Shown one piece after another: positions 23,501 through 33,605 of a stretch of DNA of 64,000 bases. Source of the DNA: Candidatus Omnitrophota bacterium (lineage in GTDB: Bacteria; Omnitrophota; Omnitrophia; Omnitrophales; Aquincolibacteriaceae); assembly GCA_035352955.1 (NCBI GenBank), contig DAOPYQ010000005.1, forward strand, positions 109,231 through 173,230, in the 5' to 3' direction. The position numbers were made by a program, and so were the translations under genes. Below the pieces are notes generated by a model that did not search any database, had not been told where the DNA came from, and was given only the letters and a program-made list of their open reading frames with translations. The stretch's first letter is position 1, and the number at the start of each line of letters is the position of its first letter.

Positions 23501-26500
23501 CCTCGGGCTGGGCCATTCCGGCCGAGAGGATCTTTTCAGTGCGGGCGCGATAATCTCTCATCATCTCCCGGCCCCGTGGCGTGTGCGCATAGACCTGTTC
23601 GGCCATCTCCATGGTAAGGATTTCGCCGATGATGTCGGCGATCCCCTCAAGCGACTCCTTCTCATGGGACCCTCTAACAAGGACTTTCACAATAGCCCCG
23701 GGGTCCGTGTTCAGATTAACCATTTCGGTGGTTTGTGCGATACCGATCTTTTTATGGGTCACCGGATCGACCAGCTGAACCTCGATGCCCGAAGGAGCGA
23801 ATACTGTTTCCCCAAGTTCTTTCAGCAGACCCGCCGCCGGCGGCATATGCCACCCCTCGGGCCCGACGGTAAAATCCCGCGCGATCTCGCGCTTTTCCGC
23901 GCGATCAGCCCCCGCCCCGGTTTCAAGACCCGGTTTTGACACGAGGGAATCTCGCTTTTCTTTCCGCGTATCCCAAAGATCTTTCGGCCAGAGTTTCAGA
24001 ACGCCCTCTTCCGGAGCCTCAAGGTAAAACCCGTCAGGCATCGTGGGCCAGACTTTTTCAGCCCCCACCATCCGGCGTAACAACCTGCTTACATCCTTCC
24101 TCGCAAAGTTGATCTTTCCGGACGTTCCCACTTGCAGGTTCACGGCCAGCGCCACCATGAGCCCCATCAATTGGGAAGTTTTAGTTTCACGGAAGCCGTA
24201 TAAACCCGCCTTTTCTCCGTTCTGGATCAGGAGCCGGTCGCGGGCGGTCCTCCATTTTTCTGAAAAAACGTCCAGACGCATGACGCTAATATACGGATGT
24301 CTTTCCGCTGCCGGCAACATCACAAGGGGCTTCCCCTCAAATTTCTTACGAAGCCCCGGCGGTAGCACAAGCACCGAATCCTTTGTGAGACGCACGAAAC
24401 CCTCCGTAGCCGGTGCGGCTTCCGGGAGCCGCTGAGACACCGCATCCGGGATCTCCTTGGAAACGGTTGTCTTCGCCGCCAACGATGCCGCTTCTAATTT
24501 TGCCGCAGCCTTCGGATCGATTTCACGGAGCCGGGCAATAAATTCCTCCCGGGTGCCGGGCTCCCCGAGCACCATCCATCCTAAAGCGATCTTTTCCTCA
24601 TCCGACAGCGGTCTCGACGCACGGACCTCCGAGCGGCCGAGCGCCCGGGGGTTTTTCACAGCGGCCAAAGCATTCCCCATCACCGTCTTTTCTTCGAACG
24701 GGACGCCCTGGATGAGGTCCCGGAAATCCCGGAAGAACTTCTGCCCGAGATGCATCATCGAGAACCGCGCGACCTTTCCGCGATAATCGCCGCCCAGGGC
24801 CCACGGCTCATAACGGATCGCGTTCTCGTCCAAAGCCCGTTCCGCCAGGCCGATATGCTTATCCGTCAGAAGCGTCAACGCCCGTCCGACGATCTCACCG
24901 GCCCCATCGTATTGGTAAGTCTTACGGAACTCGAGCCATTCGGTCTGGAGATCGTCCAGGTAACGGGCGTTCTCCGGGTCCGCCTCGAGACCTTTGAGAA
25001 GCGCGGGTCCATTCACATCGCTGACAGGATCACGGCGGTAACCTTTCCCATCGGGATCGCTCCATAATCCGATCCCCGTCCTTATGAACTCCTCTTTTCC
25101 GGTGCGCATGAGGATCTTCAAGGCTTCGGTATCCGTGATCGAAGCGATCCTGCCTTTTCCATCCTTCTTGAACGCCTTGGATTCAAGCCAAAGGAGATAC
25201 CCCTGATCAACGGGATTGGCCGCATAAAGGTTCAGCATCATCATCTCGCGGACGCCCGCGAAATAATCCCGGGGCAATGCCTTGAGGATTCCGAAGACCT
25301 TTTCGAACCTTTCACGGCCCTTCAAATAAGGAATGGCATCCACCGCGGCGCGAAGTTCTTCCGCAAGTCTGAAATAGAATTGCCCGCTTTTCAGGCTGTC
25401 TTGGCCATCTTCCAGGAGACGCGCGACAAGATCCATCGCTCTTTCATCGCCGAGTTCCGCGAGCGCGAGCAGTGCCGGTGGCATGATGGCCGCTTTGTTG
25501 CCGGCATGCCCGTTCAATTCGCTCCCGTCCCAATAAAGGACCGAACGCTGGTAATCCGCGTCAAAATCAACGGCTTTCCAGAGGACTTTCGTCGTCTTCG
25601 CATCCGAGATCCCGGAGATCCCAAGCGCCTCGATGGCTCTCGCCTTGATCCACCAATAGGTCGTCGCCTCCGGACCCGCTAGTTGCAGAAGCCGCTCATA
25701 GATGCGTTTGTCTTTTTTTGCCAGTTGACCGAGGCTTTTCGTGACCGTTTCGCCCAACTCGGCGAATGGCCGGTAAGCATCATCAAAACGCTGTTCTTTA
25801 TCCTGCGCGGCCCGCCATCCGGCGTTGGGGGAAAATCCGAGCAGCTCAAAGAGCCACGGCGCGTACTCCGCAAGCCCTTGCTCCCCCGCCATTTCGGCCG
25901 ACATCTTGATGAGCGGAATGGCCCATTGCACCGCCTGATCGCTGTAATAACTGCGAGAAAGCCCCTTCGGGATGATCTCAAACCAGTCGGAATCGAAGAC
26001 CCCGAACTTGTCCATGCCGTATTCCCTGGAAAGCGGCATGAAGGTCTCGATAATGAACTTCGCGACCTCCGGACGCGCCGGCATCAAAGCGCGGAGAGCG
26101 TAAAGGATCGGATCGCCATGGGCCTCGATGCTCGACATCTCCCGGCACATGAGAAGGAGCCGCATGAGCCGGAGGACCTCTTTGTAGATCTTCTGCCGGG
26201 GGACGGCGGGATTCAGACGCTCGGAGATCTTATCGAGATATTGTCCGAGACGGTTCATCCGGTTCAGGACCATCCGCTCAAGGCCCGCCTGTTTCGCGAT
26301 CTCTTTTTTGGGAAGATGCAGCGTAATGACCGTTCCGGGGACCAGCGTCTTGAAAACCCTGACGACTTGCGCGGAAAGAGGCATAAGTCCCGAGGCGCCC
26401 TCCAACAGCGCCCTTCCCCCCGGGGTCTCGCCTTCCGCTTTACGCGCGTCAAAGGCCTTGCGGCTTTCCCAGGAAATAATATATTTCTCGTGATTGGAAC

Positions 26501-29500
26501 TCCGGATAGCTTCTTCCACTTCGGCGGCCTCCCAAACCCCTGGCACGAACATGTCGATCAGGAACTCATCCTTCTTTTCACGCACGGAAAACTCCGCCTT
26601 ATTGGGAAAGGAATGGCTGACCGGGGAATAACGCTTGAAATAGATCGAGGCCAAGGCCGATACAAGCCCCTCGGTCAGATGGTAGTGGCCCACCGCTCCA
26701 AGCACCATGGTCAGGTCCGCGGATTCGGGGAACGGTCGGTGGACCTTCCCCCAAGTCGGTTCGATCTTGAGGATCCAGTCGAAGGGAGAGGCTTTCAGCG
26801 GGTGCGGATCCATGAAGTTATATTCAACATTCTGATGGAACTCATCGAACTGCTCGCGGAACTTTCTCCAGCAGTAGCCGAACGGGTCCCGCATGAACTC
26901 GTCGTATTCCGCGTACTCGGGATTATCGGGATCAAAAAAATCGTCAAACTCGGGGTTCCCCGTCGGATTGAAATCCGATGTACGCTTCCCCTTGTCGATA
27001 CCCTCACGGTCAAAACGCTCGCGGCGTTCCGGATCTCCCAGGATCTCGTAGGCGCGGGCGGCCTCCTTGAATTTTTCCGCGGCTTCGGCATCCCCGGGAT
27101 GCTTGTCCGGATGATACTGCATGGCTTTAGCACGATAGGCCCTCTTGATATCCGTTGCCGTCGCGTCCCTCGCGACCCCGAGGACCACGTAGGGGTCCCC
27201 CTCCCCGGTCCTCATCTCCGAACGGGCGGTCATGGGTTGGGCGTCGGCTTTCACGATGATGGCGCGGAAATCGTTGGAGTAAACTTTCACCGGTTCTTTA
27301 CTGGCAAAAAGCATTTCGTCCTGAAGAGGCTGCCCCAGCGCCTGCCGCGCCCGATCTTCCGAAGAAATAACTTTCTCGAATGCAAGTTTGGGAGGATGCC
27401 TGAGACTATAGCGATACAACGAAAGTTCCGGCATTCCGAAAACCACCGTCCCCCCTTCACGAAAATTAATCCCGTGATGATAGATCCGGGAAGCGAATCC
27501 TAAACTGATAAGGACAGGTTTGTGCCAGAGGTCTACAAGATCACCTCCGGTAGCTATGATCGCATGGTTCGGATCGACCCCATACCGGCGAAGGAACGCG
27601 TCCACGTCCAGCGCTCTGAACTTAAGCCTCTCGATGGCCTCGCCCTTAATGCTCTCCAGGTCGGAGGTATTGACCGGACCCACGATCCTTCCCGTAAAAC
27701 CCTCCGGCTTGGTACGCCCGATCGAGATCGGGATCCGGCAAAGAACATCTTCTTCCCGGAACTCCGGAAGAGGCTGATAGGTTTTTGAAAAATTCCCCGT
27801 GATCGGCCGGGATTGAACGACGGACAACTCCTCGTCTTTAAAGGCGAATTCCACATCCACGGGAAATCCGAGCGCCTCCTCGATCCCTACGACCACGGTC
27901 CTAAGTTTTTCGATCTCTTCCTTATTCAAAGGAGATAGATGTTTCGTCCTGTTCGCATCGACGATCGCAGACGTATGCTCGTCCCAAGTCTTGTTGATGA
28001 GTTCACGGATTGTCTGATCGGCGAACGAACCTTCTATTCGCAGATCCAATCCGCGCCATTGCATGCCCGCCCGGGGATTATGATTCCGGTCGTAACCTTG
28101 ATAGACCGCTTCGACCTTGCCCGTCTGGCGATCAAGATCGATAATGACATTCCTGCTTCCTGAAACCGCGTACCGTCCCTCGCCCACAACTGCCTCAATC
28201 GCCACATGCCCTTCCAGGTTCGAGAACGCGATCCCGGATTTTTCCGCCCAGATGTAATCCTGAAGAAAAACCGAATAAGCGACATTCTGGTACCGGTCTG
28301 TCACGGTATCGTGGGGCGACTGGAGGCTCGCATGCAAAGCCCAGAACTCCCGTGAGGGATCCGTCTCCCGGCTGATCCCGAAACCCGCCCAGCTCTGTTC
28401 AAAAGAGTCTTCCCCCTGGCGAGAAGAACGCCAGATCCTGAGCCTTCCCAACATCCGGGTCTTTTCGGCCCATGCCTGCCTAAGCTCTAAGGGAAGACTC
28501 TTGTAAAAGAGAAAATTCTCTACAGCATTTATAAAAGCAAGTTCCGCCTGATCAAAGGCAATACCGGATAGCAAGAGATCCTTTTCGTTCTTGCTATTTT
28601 TATACCTGAGAATATCCGGCGTTTCCCGGAGCCCGACAAAGAAATCTGTCCACTCCGCTTCCGTCCCGAAATTCAGGAAGGGTCTAAGATCGGTTTGTAA
28701 GACCCCCCGGATGGCTGAGCGAATTTTAGATTCATCCCCGGCAAGCTCACCGAAGACATCAGCAAAAAGAATGGAGGTCAAGTTTGGAACACCATAGAAT
28801 CCATCCTTCCTCGCTTTTTCAATAAGCCCCTGATTGATCTCTCTTTGTAGTTTTGAAAAGATGGCTCCAGGATTCATGCTTTTGTAACGTTCGTCGATCT
28901 CCCGTAGCAATTTTTCTTCAAAGAGCACGAACTTCGGGATCTTGAAACCGAGTTTTTCCGGAAGTCCCAGTTCCTGAAGAATCAAAAGCCATGCGGCCTT
29001 ACCGCCCCACAGTTTATTCAGTTCCGCGAACCGCGCCTTCACCGCTTCCGGACTCGCCCCTTCTCTCAGTTCCGAACGCGCGGATTCGGTCGATAGCGGA
29101 ATGGCGGCCAACATCGCGATCGTCCGAGTCCCGGGTTTTCCGGGAATATCTCTGCCGAGCCATCTGAGGTTTTCAAGCGTGGCGGCATCCAAAAGGACAG
29201 CCTCCGGAAAACCGTTTTCGATCAATACCCGCGCCACCGTGATCAGCTGGTCCCGGAACTGTGTTTTCTCGGCTTCATTCAAATCGGCACGTAACTTATA
29301 AACTATCGTCATGTTCTGGTCGGGCGCCGATGAGACGAACCCGAAAAGCGTTTTCCAGGAAGAACGTGGATCCCTGATATCAGAATGGGCTCCCACCCCA
29401 TTCATGATCGTCCCAAGATGTAAAACCCCTTCTTCGATCGCAACGTTAAAAAGAAGGCCTCCTCGCGCCACCTCGGCAACCTTGGCGCGAAATTCCGTCG

Positions 29501-32500
29501 CCGTTGCCGGTTTTCCATTGACCACAAAACCATTGACCGAAGACAACCGAAGGCCTTTTTGATCACATGCCGCGCGAATGCGTTCCTGGATACCGGGCAT
29601 CGCCTGTTCGATCTTGGCCCGGATCCCGGCATAAGGCTCGGCCGGCGGCGCGGGATAATCTTTCTCCGTATCAAAATCAAGGCCCGTGCTTCCGAGGATC
29701 AGCTGGATTTTTTTCGGATCGATCCGGAAAGTCTTCTGGATAAATTCACCGTGATGCCGTTGGGCGACCAAAATGAGGTCCGCCCAATCGACAAGTTCCT
29801 GGTCGATCTGTCGGCCTTCGCGGTTACGAAGAACGGGATGCCGTTCCCAGACCGGCGCTCCCAGCCCGAGCCTCGGCCGGACAAGCTGTGCGAGCGTCAT
29901 CTCATCCGCCCGGATCCCGGCGGAACGAACGCTGACTTTATCTTTAAGCTCCGCGGGCAACGCCTGCGCGATCAGATGCGCCGCCAGCGGCGACCGCTCC
30001 CGGTTCGCGTTGCAGACCGTGAGAACATTCAACTTTCCTTTCACGGTTGCGGCTAACGCTTTTTCGATCTCTCCTAATCGAACCTTATTCGTTAACTTCG
30101 CCGGAGTGATCCGCTCTCGCCCGTCTTTTGAATCCCTCCGCAACTCGGAACGGAGGGAGATGCCTTCTGCCCTGGCGATCGTTCTAATCCGGGCATGCAT
30201 AGCCTCCACATCCTTGGACGGCGGAGCCCCATGCTTCTTGCGGGCCCGAGACCTCGGGGCAACAAACCATTCGCCATAATCGGAAAGATCATAAGTCTGT
30301 TCGCGGAGGATCTCCTCCCCAAGGGAGAGAAGCTTCCACCAGGCGCCATCAAACGTTCTCTGAAAAAAATCGACGGCCAAAATATCTTCCGGACTCGTCC
30401 CGGCCAGGATTTTCTGAAGTGTCTCAATCCCGAAAGCGGAAGCTGGGGCTGTAAAAAAATCGCTCTGCCTGAAATGTTCCCCGATCGAACGCGAGATCAA
30501 GGCGTAAACATTTCGCGAGTAATTATCCCCGGGATCATTAAAGGGGGTCCGCGCCACCTTCCCGTTATAATCCGCGATCAGGGCCGCGATCGCGGGAGGA
30601 TCTTCCGCGGCGGCAAGAAAAGCCCTGGCGGCATCCGTTTTCCCCTTTCCCTTCCTGGCCTCCTTGAGAGCCCCCTGAAAGGTCTTTTCGATCTTCCGGA
30701 ACCAGTCATAACGGGCAAAAAACCAGCGCACCGCAAAAATCCGGTGCTCTCTTTGAAGTTCCGCCGTCTTGGTTGCGTAACGCTCAAAAAGCGCTGCCGG
30801 ATTGTCAGCTCCCCCGACATTCAACTCTTCGATCCGCAAGGCCATATCGATCAGACGGGCGAAGGCATCCGGAGACACGTTGAAATCTCCGTCACTCCGG
30901 CCCGCGAACGGACTCAGGGCAAATTCTTTTAAACCGTCCGTGATCATCACGGTCTTCCGATCCTGCTGCTCGCTGTCGGCGCGGACGAAAATCCGTGTCT
31001 GATCGAGCTGAAGACCATAAAAACCGGCGACTTGCTTCCAAGCCTCATCTATTTTCCGGAACCAATGCGCAAGGGACTGCGTTGCTTTCAGAGCATCGGA
31101 TTGGACCATAAACTCATCGAAATCAGTACGGGAGAAAGACGCTCTCGCCTCCCTGCGCACATCGACCCGTTCAAGACTTCGCGGAAGGAAAACTTCTTTG
31201 GGGTTTAGGGGATAGGGTTTAGGGGATAGATCTGTTTTTGCCAAGGTTGCTTTTCTATACCCTATACCCTCCACCCTATCCGCCAAAAAGTTTTCAGGCA
31301 CGCGCGCGCCCTCCCACATCGGAACAGCATACGGCGTCTGGTTGGCCGGTTGGCCGAGGAGCTTCGCGATATGGGCTTCGCTCAATTGACCGTTCTTGCT
31401 GAGAAACTGGAGTTTCCCGATGAACCGCTCAAGTATGGCGCTCCACTTTTCTTTGAGACCCTGGAATTCGGGCGACTGTTCCGCCGCGCACTGATCGATG
31501 TAACGGGTATATTTTGCATGGTCCGCAACGCGGCCCGAGGCGGCAAGATCACGAATCACTTCGTCGCGCCACTCTTTCAGGACCGAGCCACGGGCCACGG
31601 GCCACGGGCCACGACTTGTTTGCACGTCCGTTGCCAGCTTATCGCTCGTGGCGCGAGCGAAGGCGTCATAAAGATCGATCCGGCCGTCGCGCGGGCGGAA
31701 ATATTTCGCCCAGGAAACCTTGCCTCGCATGTGATCGAGATAGCGGCCGTCCTGCGGGACTTCTTTCATCGCGGGAGACACGACCGCGTACGGAATGCCT
31801 TGTGCTTTTAACTTTGACGCGAGGCCTGAGGTGTGGAAGCCGCCGGCAACGAAAATAACGGGGGAAGGATGGAGGATGAAGGATGGAGCTTTCACAAAAC
31901 TTTCGAGCTTGTTTAAAAAAACGGCTTCGCGATTCAGCGCAATTTTGTAGAAATCGAAAAAATCCGCCACGCGCGGTGAGCCTAAAAGAGCATTCATCTT
32001 TTGACTCATTTCACGGATCTCTTGATTTTTCACTCCATCCGCCATCCGCCATCCGCCATCCGGCTGAAAAGACTGCCATTCCTCCCTGCTCAATTCAAAC
32101 TTTATCAGCTTCTCCATGAGCCGTAAGCGCTCGTCCAATTCCGAAACAGCTTTCGCCTCCGCCGTCGTGAAAAGATTGGCCCGCACGGTTGCGAGAAACG
32201 CGTCGAATTCTTTCATGAAGGCCGGGCCTCTGAGATTTACGAGCTTTTCGTGGCGGGCAATTACCTGGGCCAATTGGGGAGAAATTTTGAAAGAACCGTC
32301 ATCCTGAGGCAAAGCCGAAGGATCTCTTTTTTGAGATTCTTCGCCCTTCGGGCTCAGAATGACGGCCTCATTTTTTAAAAACAGCGTTAGCTCGTACGCC
32401 AGCGCGCCTTTACTCATCCGGCCGGTGCGGGAGGCCTGCTTGAGGGCATTGAGCTTTGCCTTTGCGGGTCCGTCCTTCACGGCTTTTTCCGTCTGAATCG

Positions 32501-33437
32501 CCAATGCTTTGATCTCCCGATCGAGTTCCGGGCTCAACCCCTTCTTTTCCTGCTCGATCGTCATGAACAACGCGTTGAGCGTTGCGCCTTGCGCGTTGCG
32601 CCCGGAATACCCCGAAAGATATTCCAGAAAAGCCGTCAACTTGGCGGGATCTGCCTGCCATTCCGAAAACCGCCGGTCGAATTCTAACGCCTCCGCAGAA
32701 TAATATTTTTCCTTCAGCTTTTGCAGTTCCTCTTTGAATTTTGAACTTTGAACATTGAACTCGGCCTGTCGCCCAAGACCGAAAAGGAACGCATGAACGC
32801 CCTCCTCGTAAAGCCTCCAGTCCTCGATCCCGACGAATTCGGCTTTCCCCTGCATGAGCACGCTCGCCGCGGCCACCCCGGAAAGTTCGCCGGTCGCGAG
32901 ATAATCGTCAAAGACCGCCTTGCGTTTTTCCGCGTCGGGGAACATCCGGAAAAGCGTCGGGTCAAGCTTCCCTTCCGCGCCTTCCAAAGCGACGGTCCCG
33001 ACGCCGTATTTTTCCTGGAAATATTCGATCAGCTTCGCGAGGGAGCGTTGGGCGTCCGGGATCGAATGGGCATCTTGAATTAAAATTACAAACTTCCCGG
33101 ATGAAGGAGGAAGGATGACGGATGACGAAAAACCGCTCTTAAATTTACCATCATTTGACATCCTCTTTCCGACATCCATTTCCTGGATGGTTCCCAGTTC
33201 GGGAGGGACGACAAGCTCCTGCACATTTCCGCGTGAAGCGGAGGCCGAGGCAAGAAGGCTGGTGTCGTTCCCTCCCTGAACATGGGAGACATTGATCGAT
33301 TGGGCGAGTCCTTGTGCGGGAAAAGAAAGCAGGTCCGAGCAGAGAAAAGCCATCACCGTGAGCACACTAATGGCCCTTATTTTAAACGAAAAGCTGGAAG
33401 GAAAACTCCTCTTGTGTAGAGATGTTTTTGGGTTCAT
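2529..33437 (-). CDS. giant 10,302-aa secreted or membrane multi-domain protein (mosaic of enzymatic domains)
   Basis: Single uninterrupted ORF of 30,909 bp in the six-frame track. N-terminus [47 protein letters not shown] is a Sec-type signal peptide. Several domains are recognisable from sequence and are listed as separate features. Domain positions were checked against the DNA at five anchor points and the residue count closes exactly at 10,302. Stop TAA at 2529-2531. Confidence 0.85.
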   Translation of the reverse strand: MNPKTSLHKRSFPSSFSFKIRAISVLTVMAFLCSDLLSFPAQGLAQSINVSHVQGGNDTSLLASASASRGNVQELVVPPELGTIQEMDVGKRMSNDGKFKSGFSSSVILPPSSGKFVILIQDAHSIPDAQRSLAKLIEYFQEKYGVGTVALEGAEGKLDPTLFRMFPDAEKRKAVFDDYLATGELSGVAAASVLMQGKAEFVGIEDWRLYEEGVHAFLFGLGRQAEFNVQSSKFKEELQKLKEKYYSAEALEFDRRFSEWQADPAKLTAFLEYLSGYSGRNAQGATLNALFMTIEQEKKGLSPELDREIKALAIQTEKAVKDGPAKAKLNALKQASRTGRMSKGALAYELTLFLKNEAVILSPKGEESQKRDPSALPQDDGSFKISPQLAQVIARHEKLVNLRGPAFMKEFDAFLATVRANLFTTAEAKAVSELDERLRLMEKLIKFELSREEWQSFQPDGGWRMADGVKNQEIREMSQKMNALLGSPRVADFFDFYKIALNREAVFLNKLESFVKAPSFILHPSPVIFVAGGFHTSGLASKLKAQGIPYAVVSPAMKEVPQDGRYLDHMRGKVSWAKYFRPRDGRIDLYDAFARATSDKLATDVQTSRGPWPVARGSVLKEWRDEVIRDLAASGRVADHAKYTRYIDQCAAEQSPEFQGLKEKWSAILERFIGKLQFLSKNGQLSEAHIAKLLGQPANQTPYAVPMWEGARVPENFLADRVEGIGYRKATLAKTDLSPKPYPLNPKEVFLPRSLERVDVRREARASFSRTDFDEFMVQSDALKATQSLAHWFRKIDEAWKQVAGFYGLQLDQTRIFVRADSEQQDRKTVMITDGLKEFALSPFAGRSDGDFNVSPDAFARLIDMALRIEELNVGGADNPAALFERYATKTAELQREHRIFAVRWFFARYDWFRKIEKTFQGALKEARKGKGKTDAARAFLAAAEDPPAIAALIADYNGKVARTPFNDPGDNYSRNVYALISRSIGEHFRQSDFFTAPASAFGIETLQKILAGTSPEDILAVDFFQRTFDGAWWKLLSLGEEILREQTYDLSDYGEWFVAPRSRARKKHGAPPSKDVEAMHARIRTIARAEGISLRSELRRDSKDGRERITPAKLTNKVRLGEIEKALAATVKGKLNVLTVCNANRERSPLAAHLIAQALPAELKDKVSVRSAGIRADEMTLAQLVRPRLGLGAPVWERHPVLRNREGRQIDQELVDWADLILVAQRHHGEFIQKTFRIDPKKIQLILGSTGLDFDTEKDYPAPPAEPYAGIRAKIEQAMPGIQERIRAACDQKGLRLSSVNGFVVNGKPATATEFRAKVAEVARGGLLFNVAIEEGVLHLGTIMNGVGAHSDIRDPRSSWKTLFGFVSSAPDQNMTIVYKLRADLNEAEKTQFRDQLITVARVLIENGFPEAVLLDAATLENLRWLGRDIPGKPGTRTIAMLAAIPLSTESARSELREGASPEAVKARFAELNKLWGGKAAWLLILQELGLPEKLGFKIPKFVLFEEKLLREIDERYKSMNPGAIFSKLQREINQGLIEKARKDGFYGVPNLTSILFADVFGELAGDESKIRSAIRGVLQTDLRPFLNFGTEAEWTDFFVGLRETPDILRYKNSKNEKDLLLSGIAFDQAELAFINAVENFLFYKSLPLELRQAWAEKTRMLGRLRIWRSSRQGEDSFEQSWAGFGISRETDPSREFWALHASLQSPHDTVTDRYQNVAYSVFLQDYIWAEKSGIAFSNLEGHVAIEAVVGEGRYAVSGSRNVIIDLDRQTGKVEAVYQGYDRNHNPRAGMQWRGLDLRIEGSFADQTIRELINKTWDEHTSAIVDANRTKHLSPLNKEEIEKLRTVVVGIEEALGFPVDVEFAFKDEELSVVQSRPITGNFSKTYQPLPEFREEDVLCRIPISIGRTKPEGFTGRIVGPVNTSDLESIKGEAIERLKFRALDVDAFLRRYGVDPNHAIIATGGDLVDLWHKPVLISLGFASRIYHHGINFREGGTVVFGMPELSLYRYSLRHPPKLAFEKVISSEDRARQALGQPLQDEMLFASKEPVKVYSNDFRAIIVKADAQPMTARSEMRTGEGDPYVVLGVARDATATDIKRAYRAKAMQYHPDKHPGDAEAAEKFKEAARAYEILGDPERRERFDREGIDKGKRTSDFNPTGNPEFDDFFDPDNPEYAEYDEFMRDPFGYCWRKFREQFDEFHQNVEYNFMDPHPLKASPFDWILKIEPTWGKVHRPFPESADLTMVLGAVGHYHLTEGLVSALASIYFKRYSPVSHSFPNKAEFSVREKKDEFLIDMFVPGVWEAAEVEEAIRSSNHEKYIISWESRKAFDARKAEGETPGGRALLEGASGLMPLSAQVVRVFKTLVPGTVITLHLPKKEIAKQAGLERMVLNRMNRLGQYLDKISERLNPAVPRQKIYKEVLRLMRLLLMCREMSSIEAHGDPILYALRALMPARPEVAKFIIETFMPLSREYGMDKFGVFDSDWFEIIPKGLSRSYYSDQAVQWAIPLIKMSAEMAGEQGLAEYAPWLFELLGFSPNAGWRAAQDKEQRFDDAYRPFAELGETVTKSLGQLAKKDKRIYERLLQLAGPEATTYWWIKARAIEALGISGISDAKTTKVLWKAVDFDADYQRSVLYWDGSELNGHAGNKAAIMPPALLALAELGDERAMDLVARLLEDGQDSLKSGQFYFRLAEELRAAVDAIPYLKGRERFEKVFGILKALPRDYFAGVREMMMLNLYAANPVDQGYLLWLESKAFKKDGKGRIASITDTEALKILMRTGKEEFIRTGIGLWSDPDGKGYRRDPVSDVNGPALLKGLEADPENARYLDDLQTEWLEFRKTYQYDGAGEIVGRALTLLTDKHIGLAERALDENAIRYEPWALGGDYRGKVARFSMMHLGQKFFRDFRDLIQGVPFEEKTVMGNALAAVKNPRALGRSEVRASRPLSDEEKIALGWMVLGEPGTREEFIARLREIDPKAAAKLEAASLAAKTTVSKEIPDAVSQRLPEAAPATEGFVRLTKDSVLVLPPGLRKKFEGKPLVMLPAAERHPYISVMRLDVFSEKWRTARDRLLIQNGEKAGLYGFRETKTSQLMGLMVALAVNLQVGTSGKINFARKDVSRLLRRMVGAEKVWPTMPDGFYLEAPEEGVLKLWPKDLWDTRKEKRDSLVSKPGLETGAGADRAEKREIARDFTVGPEGWHMPPAAGLLKELGETVFAPSGIEVQLVDPVTHKKIGIAQTTEMVNLNTDPGAIVKVLVRGSHEKESLEGIADIIGEILTMEMAEQVYAHTPRGREMMRDYRARTEKILSAGMAQPEVSWTEALADLSKRFWKWFGNEESVRSVLGAAADRQLTDVYKITLNTGFQSEAAGLFSFLSVHPDYAHIAKFTGKASQDPEEIAIEKSKVRDGEQEDPEDAKTKRKKGNPEDPFRLSMGSAKEFVIKIDISRGGFWGTKFVLSTQGKGRAQEKFTFQSLEKVEAKLEELGPQVPWKKAEPPVEMKEVIYQTVSPRPAPTLQDTEESLSKLLDEFVAKTQTEFNVFWTKRWSDDGLRKALSDLLPDEEEDSMAKIILADALTREWTPLRIVREMAANGLNAQAQAGQQGLIGFRAGKAENGDGLWEVYDDGVGISKVIDAAGRFTIVPNSVKEGIFPRAGFKSHGGGIALVRAVVEGHGGKMEFLPPGTGGHKTTVRFTFPPQTFFRVTPRSELRTPEVPPRFPQVIFGGGILEENWPEMRRTFHVLNGNDIHIRPSKILADLASEITAKTGVHLFIRKGDSGMKMMSSANQLASLGIRYDEEVEILAKGERPRAILKGALDLMEKAMPDSQMLENGIKDNPLRDGYLGEVDRLASGLFLRMNWHADRLGPLDTKKARDRMAVISAALSTLLKGPRADESAAMLDGMLAQDAELHDLLPEAERLIRSFLAVYRLPRTGDPIEVGIAVSMYGEQNRLRPFSAEKNPNGEDALVWKIRELDELFSVNSNVRYVLLLADDGERSMDLSNPADELRFNLLPERKEGSFLLKWYKAFLTFWVRPLLKKVLGFLQSKKLEGDVPQPKIKSEKSSGQVALEILKDMFPQKLKSGQVQVWFVNKDQNDGIGGKKGSGIVLAFRKLMEILKALKQYFIFTDMDRAVSLAESGLLLEKLASGEADAAIGSRWRKGAIVYGRLDEERRGSFIYNMLTKVLLGFWRIRDTQQGFKAFTREALDEIQPVDEDWNLDPDFTVDFAFDTDLLSRLRKFGRKVVEVVDVWIGSPEESTVTPASKVDAVISLFLQIPGLWRSADLRGGFRKVRVYDQDKALVGDEAIQKTLGGMTAGNGTFIFNARVAGDTLTIGTSPQMYRPEHALIDKIRLHTDIKTPKYGFGVLAGIVSPGESGQKLSLTPILSGKHLVAQDYRKVYADAVRLARFLVRHGFPKDLSLDPKTQQDLQSAFSQGFEKKDLPVVPTLDDLARQDIPARAEIRNSEPVRSSGAAIATGVASEVLLSREAINEELLKMEPRAKAVELGNGKRQVFFSVMPSEGKTAEEQIASVIGHLDRLIAEQKIRKDDIFKQVISFGDITDADREKIKKALREYYGTGVEPPVTTYLEQTPADGSMFTVEIVAMGSSRHSEPRRGESEESQILRSAQDDESRYVPEPNQVLRISEHSAILEDADLFQVYVGGITPDPSITKTYDRGWNVLEKTYLELKKAEAKLKQLDKVGPDFVLDYRQVLRTWFYQDHIVDYDAEGKWNYQWGINNPRYDYFMTSMNGKSIPFGEGLIKGGNLGKPPASTGIGTLRDKSGSIVMEALAFVAKKSNVHALRLESARQMNPDEYTIVVQEKALETKKPPLWSRAMSVVTPGYEMVLISGTASTKGQAEMYIGDPVRQTLYMIDSVRMMLTQRMGDLKDIPQLRVYIKRPEDAAAIQEAVDKKFPDIPIIYVIGDVCRPNWLVEVEAFAFVPVKKEHAAISPAVRPFAVWMERHISALAREKDKKGALLYPRVSELFAKIQSSATLPALLAKIDGAAYADDFADAVRGTRKVLEDELASAVATDPGVGAIKNVRLVRQSFDVALHHHMNRLKTKTADQRPETPVNFPATGESKAFELGNLKPDLDRAELRSAELILEPDWNEPDLFKRASGAWDYLVELMKRIRALSGIRGDVLSEKDGKVFFPDVGDLFWEHGKGTYSSRTNRIFYALQELEYLSPKTKSQTLADIREDFDAIRKKQTEVEPRLRDVLNLDFRSRASVLQKYRETDIVPYGDLTPYLMNLAFNSDRAFPGNDYEKFKQAVLDIYNAWPKIAAAIEAYLDFEKFLGDFGAVFVPLAELTPLSRETVWGKVAKKRLDGTSYQTVEPVSWEAWVSHNVRGPATILSESMSEYAQTRNGVDLRISLIAWEAIREILESHGEIAEALAKHGIHTPVNVPHPGAGATKETALDRVQQAEYFIYEVLFEAPEAEANRNAFIEKIGQAWQRFQALEAALVSIKTDHEKKQGPLPTAQEVSVAYAKAAESESRRESRAEVRTSGRLKERREYQSPEQMKLDWLEDQIQEISRLLGDLKPRGNSDPLKIRESLQDVTIFFTLFLRNSRIEDLKGFLKDWGEVKKEFAPFLEDLSRGGTERAAILDIKRLIEKIDVYLRQTLQAYENVHGAVHFPDETAKAVHAAEDLWNFIFRFKNSLREGGSSGEESFLSVIMDHPSLYGEVFYKPLFELFFERIAGDFSGTGPFIDFCRDILKKEGVESLRRRLGHWDPQLGKLLVGIKRGPGTAKASADFYGLMLFFLSTDLEVCFSRFYALIMALQPPLEIARKDVSYHTRAEATGRLANKGIAFGSPSAVAKYKAMHDAMADKTNPNLPMDPSWIRKIRAARDLLVAQADKLHDEELRADMEHFDKYAVVLVCEATLPFFIADAGRNVARVLQSERQINAFNYTSAYLDSLDEKNPEDIKKLAVSLRTGQRWVIQHRRMLERYRGKDPDYIFKATEAARQQINLDFFKEFEKNSAGLMKAEVYRAHLAQIMKKQIILRYKSLRKRVIDELEMTERDLRMAAAVVGVEERSLAYWNAFNKCRALLLRLEAMGLHAQTGEVLGWMARALTGIQLYTPDTQMISGQQLVFVLALLRLRRWDDFLNELAILLSGRAFPVSDIKDVFGSDGRRRGLPRQVSKDYFRMVFSSKKGEPSYVETIIKKALQAQLLVPSPDYENARDAEKKVNAMFGTLARMELRQGGPEGSVSASSRTGSIWIKSCLILGGIAALYMFGYPFWVYMEGHFRLPHVTLEFVRQVSFLSSFFVVLFALDRAWEDRVNRRKEWEHQLGNKPLPKEPRMEFEKVASAKGMKLEVNDARMPETRDDAVWHVFFKDPASGQTRVKVEVKPYGDIGGYRCVFFSGDSPGRLFATENPSIPDIVEVYPKPFLGKLRGLLGEIRPESWSGMDQFLRARALAAKTPVHDPWRNVRGRHELRQQGPGAGRPAMEKRSGSELRNVLYVPLQAGVAEYAHEKDPKKPWFVWRGPTQKPWQSETWWNLFRKQLHVYETEFARMKEHPDVRWIVERVRSVRARDMLELAAKRNKEIREKIDLLRQELSEEKKYQQFSTNAWWLSSFSWLISEPEIVPIHDLARELVRLSHDKERGPVVAVRRNREKIDRALAEIEKRFALAEGLLELLKVYHVKYCRFRFLDREMSHAAARGRAFDVALATRPAASDDLKILFFEFVYLSLDDDRAAFGWLRDPGQLILSFDGKDVVFGLLAIMPPSVREAVANRAERRSTGRGEKGLSKEDEAEVDLDKKASSPEYKKYFDEIKGFMRVAQTGKDEAVAVIREFLKRQKDAEGRRKKKYGEAGRFAKDARRIYAPVQVIMGHLDDPEIRRNFWFVARFFLSVGDAGLFSWIVSILVRDADKVAAAETDRPRKQAAGELLGRMLVTALEIALKNPLPVYKTSLRILSRWADRPGEDPYMDFLRRVFKDRGSAISDASVFFRGKWGRDFYRRKDAVKHKRNLLAMEVRELDEGIESVLRARDRFGDPVSEVGEDDRAERRGMSEMTAGQVYRELSMPEEAVRAAEFIDSLRPGPEDRVLAVGISVEDAFVTPFALNQSHVDINQPNPSHVQVLKLMNRMTVERIQRRFGQDLVGDRIHFTDTLRSLEKEELPENAYSFYVLLNVFDAVPESQKAAFIKKITDTMKDRATMILSNLAVKDETAIGEITRLAARGGVEVSVRKSTDLRFGMTINRLNILDLKRSAPTPIASAQLRRGPDDHVRSEMREPFPTSAVGNGAVSFEIEKMIDQAARTAMEEGRKKKEKTGVLTWEELVNIFFDRCRDYKGANAAFVFETLQDNYGTSRRKTGETVDSILRLKDFAADSLRLMMGRRGFMQMFGGFMLQGMLSGPASLGDIVSRFSGMGPGVMEASFDFVNELQGQIDDYFGIQRFDWRLFDEMVPHIFRDARAFIQKRGHVQRLLGPELSIERFAEFSKVNPDVIDKVMGFFQISQNWPHSLQERAKRGETFNAKQLNSELDREESLVKQGLDSLAKELSALWERIRLLEEPGVSVYTLKDRGFWEWAGGADPAEREERVLEELRKQETELYRRKDELVWRQDRVYESRDLISQLQTPAELSTVRSEMRESPKPGEPVLAKKVASGLLKFLGIKFSKWVKALDPDIEHWEVVYRYPFYRYVEMLTSERLPGHERVLERLDAIEEMAGKVRSDRQFSERFQAFLTDLYFARPFLNAKRRYGRHREEFPDNRYKSHVKDVLKVIRDNRNLLQGLDGPAYQRIRTRFGQLLAAEPLENDSDMEVLLKNFTDELYFYWIMADLAVRKNWQRPVFIDEPGSFHAPQLTYPYLGLKDGEERGEDAAKVKAELVPNDLRLSNEKPFLALLGPNASGKSTLLKGAALYAVMARLGMYVPSPLETSWFEDIVARGPGEDAGLNNASRNTLFIHDEVFATEEAFLQGSKKAIEMGASVITATHHHEAVDQLLADPSVSAKVRAALAPSAQGSLRQEFDNPVRAEKMLTSVDKQGELKFFYTKGPYQAGDADVRDHSILEAREVLKDNGQFQAIFDAARDFVQNGKAGPLPEIRPQGNRFDPGGESDAKFYSLLHGHGIIPESYFAFHSYSPERFGSPFEDPFFGGIAYLSAQRYRNIKVKELIEQVQAFRGKMGLPAMKELRRKLGEFMALLKKDDHFILLKKDDLSKQSRRPTPIESLADGREILKRLKDLRDISQKLGVNRFFPEIEIPDEEEPYFADEIKSNCQKALRDLDILNGVALAVTELGYAMPEKSDDENSVEIEAELPPKAGESSPRVIQLKLRGGEANIVTAENMDDLRAVLKLFKKTIPWARRGFFVPVRRIKMGSRFDSAEVNTMLFEGLSDRAGVSFFQAVLDFLSGTIDAVAAGKNSVVVVDDLYGSNRTLLEILKTALVLFAKQTGATLVLGARETDWAKRLKTSYGDIPLNFQHIGGDPAQTQPSAREEKRAPAHELKTGRSELREVPEQPVSVRSEGGSPEDILAALDNPVGILADARFQKTSLRRELMGGVSNVLSSIYLQLKHPAPDDLSLEKGIVEMGMGVRFLDAFLREDPERQKLLKTLEKEVDGKAAFSKLSGELCDYLKDPRGQAELASILKNHRDWILALRDHFVKLKRELESIREVASIRSPAAEAHSLSSGSSAPSFGQAGYSRGGTEEGPVRSASTPNPTGTAEKRGASAQLRRGSDDHVRSEMREMNLRMMATRVLEQCDIFAAAHDALLQELEKLVGKSMADDGVVHFFKSHGTYIRGAQATLFRSLRTGDRETVEMCLRDIRFDMAKLKEKIEMIFAPDQEFGSGKEKQTLRAWADAVLSGDGFQTSPTLKLMAQFVKDKLDSATQEPFRNYQKATLEFQEKMEAILSEIETSISEQSVVGKSSPVRPERREGGVWHPPFSATDRRGENIWMMAERFEEFVRVLEDMESRYAQHGPHGAASVIYEIAHKSLEYYRKRHKPYINIGFLQSLVEVIRAYDRNLKKNVPSAGKSEHELQKRQKLVEMGRPYFERIRTILEEVDSNPELLAKIEADPQLEISVVVKRLRSSFKAPPDLTIDQRTVLKSLFRRYDLYAGKASRETKGFVPVSAKPARPVFRAVEKTEVRSISSAPTELKKTPEETARSPWPILAGPGRSEMREEDGAREVSVKAKVRSKLHISTAKAFADGFVTAGLNFLKDLKLEYAVVAADGHVGERYSWTVIEILSNADTLSYGGIMMLYLSSRVIPKPVLEELAAYLGFLVGLFHETSMSRPHPDMQAQILEKRAALLKQLVVLGFDVSKYRIEQGLSRWVPFLNILEQEEENAKAEKDRRSEMREGVGIPRRNFLQQMLAAATAANVLPAGATEASLASGLENLGSGLGPVMNLGSLLMQAMGSDPRKTPIVNVFSRTQPSGLAQLIRQFDEVAARNPKMELVRLISSFKDAVTQQINTEYRAAAAAVQKGSGLTGPMAVDAMLTPENMIFPYRLAMTHPEQVSLWETVFRTIAEADMSGLRMDPIAEFERAAAAGWTPVQFKKHYVDNVVFPAWDKIAQCAVESAKEMGMEPPDIAFLRRDAALNFSDWANMDPAKPDQIEPSPPELYKIRAIANEPLDFKLHDIAQQVFEETGEDVSHWLSSEEIQGRVNKVLLGESQETLKDLGSSVRPYLTAQGQISRMERELESEFARLNPSVRDVGREFSPWSYEIHQLRRTPLAQLEQMDWTRVRADMMNRMVASSLHLKVDPKTGLTEPKALLQPAKPYPESLAAARTALERSGVAGDVIPESDPVFGWKMLAERLAIESADRSVRCRLDITPERILLRWDARTVSGNLRSRVLNAGECAALTKEWPEAVEVQQRASVVHYTIEIPADMPVEAIRQVLPKLDSWEKVPAEPARNPWPILAENSKRGQTSFAEEKKGAKPSRAEIRMPHVASVPQIESLRQQAKARLEEIVQLRKKTQSTFRVELAFVRSSHDLIVGHAAYFAGTLLTGKWEKGLEGIENDLAGAESNYVVEKRISHGKGNDAVIVREIPAGAVQAATPEPVRSPVVGPTVENDRERAEKRQVYAAVLETVLKQKPVAVETVRAFRAEILSDGVERVEKRLWDAFNNVFVPTAFAEMTGKSGIMAETVDPSVAKVISMERKVLLANLENVKDRGLAIGLDLTAGAEVQRGQVLLNQFMKVIDTRGAIVNELAISGRLSGLNPAELLAKGVRVRQIPANGSYSPLNDQAVVPFVTNFSGKGSMVREVFYRITGESAGNALVRDYMALLEVVAAVRLADIISRQPQLLRQPELLKAELLKALFRSEQQGIEQLIEMNASGRGFVISGVAVQKFLEMKARESIARAA
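5457..5534 (-). other. internal twin-arginine (Tat)-like signal motif (aa 9302-9327), directly after an RSEMRE linker
   Basis: [37 protein letters not shown] has RRxFL, then an Ala-rich hydrophobic stretch, then an AxA-like site. This is a textbook Tat leader architecture, but it lies ~9,300 residues into the ORF. Confidence 0.35.
7386..7436. repeat. 51-bp intragenic repeat copy B, encoding linker [17 protein letters not shown] (aa 8668-8684)
   Basis: See copy A. Further peptide-level copies of RSEMRE/RSEMRT start at aa 2072 (before the J-domain), 7585, 9115 and 9291, at roughly nt 27210-27227, 10668-10685, 6078-6131 and 5550-5567. Confidence 0.8.
9603..9950 (-). other. MutS domain-V-like ABC ATPase (aa ~7830-7945)
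   Basis: [45 protein letters not shown]...[38 protein letters not shown] aligns with the MutS Walker A region (ITGPNMGGKSTYMRQ.AL..LMA.IGSYVPA) and the THYFEL region. The Walker B / signature segment is degenerate. DNA check: LALLGPNAS at ~9880-9917. Confidence 0.55.
11745..11795. repeat. 51-bp intragenic repeat copy A, encoding linker [17 protein letters not shown] (aa 7215-7231)
   Basis: Plus strand catctcggatcggacgtggtcatcaggaccacgccgaagctgtgccgacgc versus copy B catttcagatcggacgtggtcgtcagaaccacgccgaagctgtgccgacgc. About 46 of 51 nt are identical, while the flanking DNA is unrelated. Confidence 0.8.
14628..14807 (-). other. internal transmembrane hairpin (two predicted TM helices, aa ~6211-6270)
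   Basis: [27 protein letters not shown] and [26 protein letters not shown] are two ~22-residue hydrophobic stretches inside an otherwise hydrophilic protein. Confidence 0.5.
18633..19940 (-). other. two RidA/YjgF (endoribonuclease L-PSP)-like domains (aa ~4501-4599 and ~4830-4934)
   Basis: C-terminal signatures ...[51 protein letters not shown] and ...[53 protein letters not shown] resemble the RidA PAR..V.V..LP....VEIE.IA motif. Confidence 0.45.
20688..21650 (-). other. family-2 glycosyltransferase (DPM1/GtrB-like) domain with an internal insertion (aa ~3930-4250)
   Basis: [17 protein letters not shown]...[16 protein letters not shown]...[14 protein letters not shown]...DAAIGSRW gives the typical GT2 fold signatures (DDGS-like and DxD motifs). 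Confidence 0.6.
21993..22244 (-). other. HPr-like phosphocarrier domain (aa ~3732-3815), directly C-terminal to the GHKL ATPase
   Basis: [81 protein letters not shown] aligns with E. coli HPr ([27 protein letters not shown]...KSASAKSLFKLQTLGL..G..V.ISAEGEDEQKAVEHLVKLM). The active-site His (H15 equivalent, in DIHIRPS) and the Ser46-region serines are present. Confidence 0.6.
22353..22760 (-). other. GHKL / HATPase_c histidine-kinase-like ATPase domain (aa ~3560-3695)
   Basis: [27 protein letters not shown]...[38 protein letters not shown] shows the G1 (DxGxG), G2 (GGxGLGL-like) and G3 (GTG) boxes. Checked on DNA at 22380-22382. Confidence 0.65.
26997..27197 (-). other. DnaJ J-domain (aa 2081-2147), preceded by linker ARSEMRT
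   Basis: [66 protein letters not shown] carries the HPD motif and aligns with E. coli DnaJ residues 4-68. DNA check: gacccctacgtg at 27186-27197. Confidence 0.8.
27408..28226 (-). other. PEP-utilising / pyruvate phosphate dikinase N-terminal (PPDK_N) ATP-grasp-like domain (aa ~1738-2010)
   Basis: [21 protein letters not shown] resembles the PPDK_N / PEP synthase nucleotide-binding motif (DIEWAI..GKLYILQARPET). The segment after it, [17 protein letters not shown]...[13 protein letters not shown], weakly resembles a mobile domain but lacks the canonical GGxTSHAAI phospho-His motif. Confidence 0.5.
29538..30035 (-). other. low-molecular-weight protein tyrosine phosphatase domain (giant protein aa ~1135-1300)
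   Basis: P-loop [21 protein letters not shown] matches the LMW-PTP CX5R(S/T) signature V-C-x-x-N-x-x-R-S. The C codon was checked on the DNA at 30012-30014. Confidence 0.7.
31588..31613. repeat. heptanucleotide tandem repeat (ccacggg x3.7) inside the 5' part of the giant CDS
   Basis: Plus strand gccacgggccacgggccacgggccacg. The sense strand encodes RGPWPVARG (aa ~608-616). The 21-nt core keeps the frame, but a +/-1 unit change would shift it. Confidence 0.6.
32035..32062. repeat. heptanucleotide tandem repeat (ccatccg x4) inside the 5' part of the giant CDS
   Basis: Plus strand ccatccgccatccgccatccgccatccgg. The sense strand ggatggcggatggcggatggcggatgga encodes [10 protein letters not shown] (aa ~459-468). 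Confidence 0.6.
33303..33437 (-). other. predicted Sec signal peptide of giant protein (aa 1-45)
   Basis: Basic n-region (KR), hydrophobic core [12 protein letters not shown], then AQGLA|QS, which looks like a signal-peptidase site. Confidence 0.55.
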
Positions 33438-33605
33438 TTGCCTCGGCCTGGCGTTTATTTTTTAATACTTATGAAAAGGTAACATATATGCGCCAATTCG
33501 CAAGGCCTGTAGAGGGAAAAATACGGTTTTTTCGATGAAAATTCGCGATTTTTTTGCGGAAAAAATCTGCTAGAAAACGCTATAAGATGCTTTCGGAAGG
33601 CGGCG
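33438..33605 (-). promoter_or_regulatory. AT-rich intergenic region upstream of the giant gene (putative promoter and RBS)
   Basis: 168 bp between the uvrC stop and the giant-gene ATG. It is AT-rich (tattaaaaaataaacgcc on the sense strand) and has GAGG 3-4 nt before the ATG. No convincing -35/-10 pair could be placed by eye. Confidence 0.3.

Noticed and set aside
11058-27503. Many long plus-strand ORFs (e.g. 11058..12383, 15189..16421, 19296..20159, 25683..27503)
   Set aside because: All lie antisense to the 30.9-kb minus-strand ORF, have Arg/Pro/His-rich low-complexity translations and carry no domain signatures. The [20 protein letters not shown]-type peptides in them are just the antisense of the RSEMRE linker repeats.
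31208-31290. Imperfect inverted repeat (gggtttaggggata x2 versus ccctataccct...ccctatcc) inside the giant CDS
   Set aside because: It encodes the low-complexity peptides SPKPYPLNP and VEGIGYR. Pairing is imperfect (~9-bp perfect core). It is most likely a coding-sequence coincidence and cannot be supported as a functional structure.
2529-33437. Giant ORF as a repetitive adhesin or RTX-type protein
   Set aside because: No long tandem protein repeats, Ig-like/cadherin-like periodicity or GGxGxD nonapeptides are visible. Apart from the short linker motif, the sequence is essentially unique along its length.
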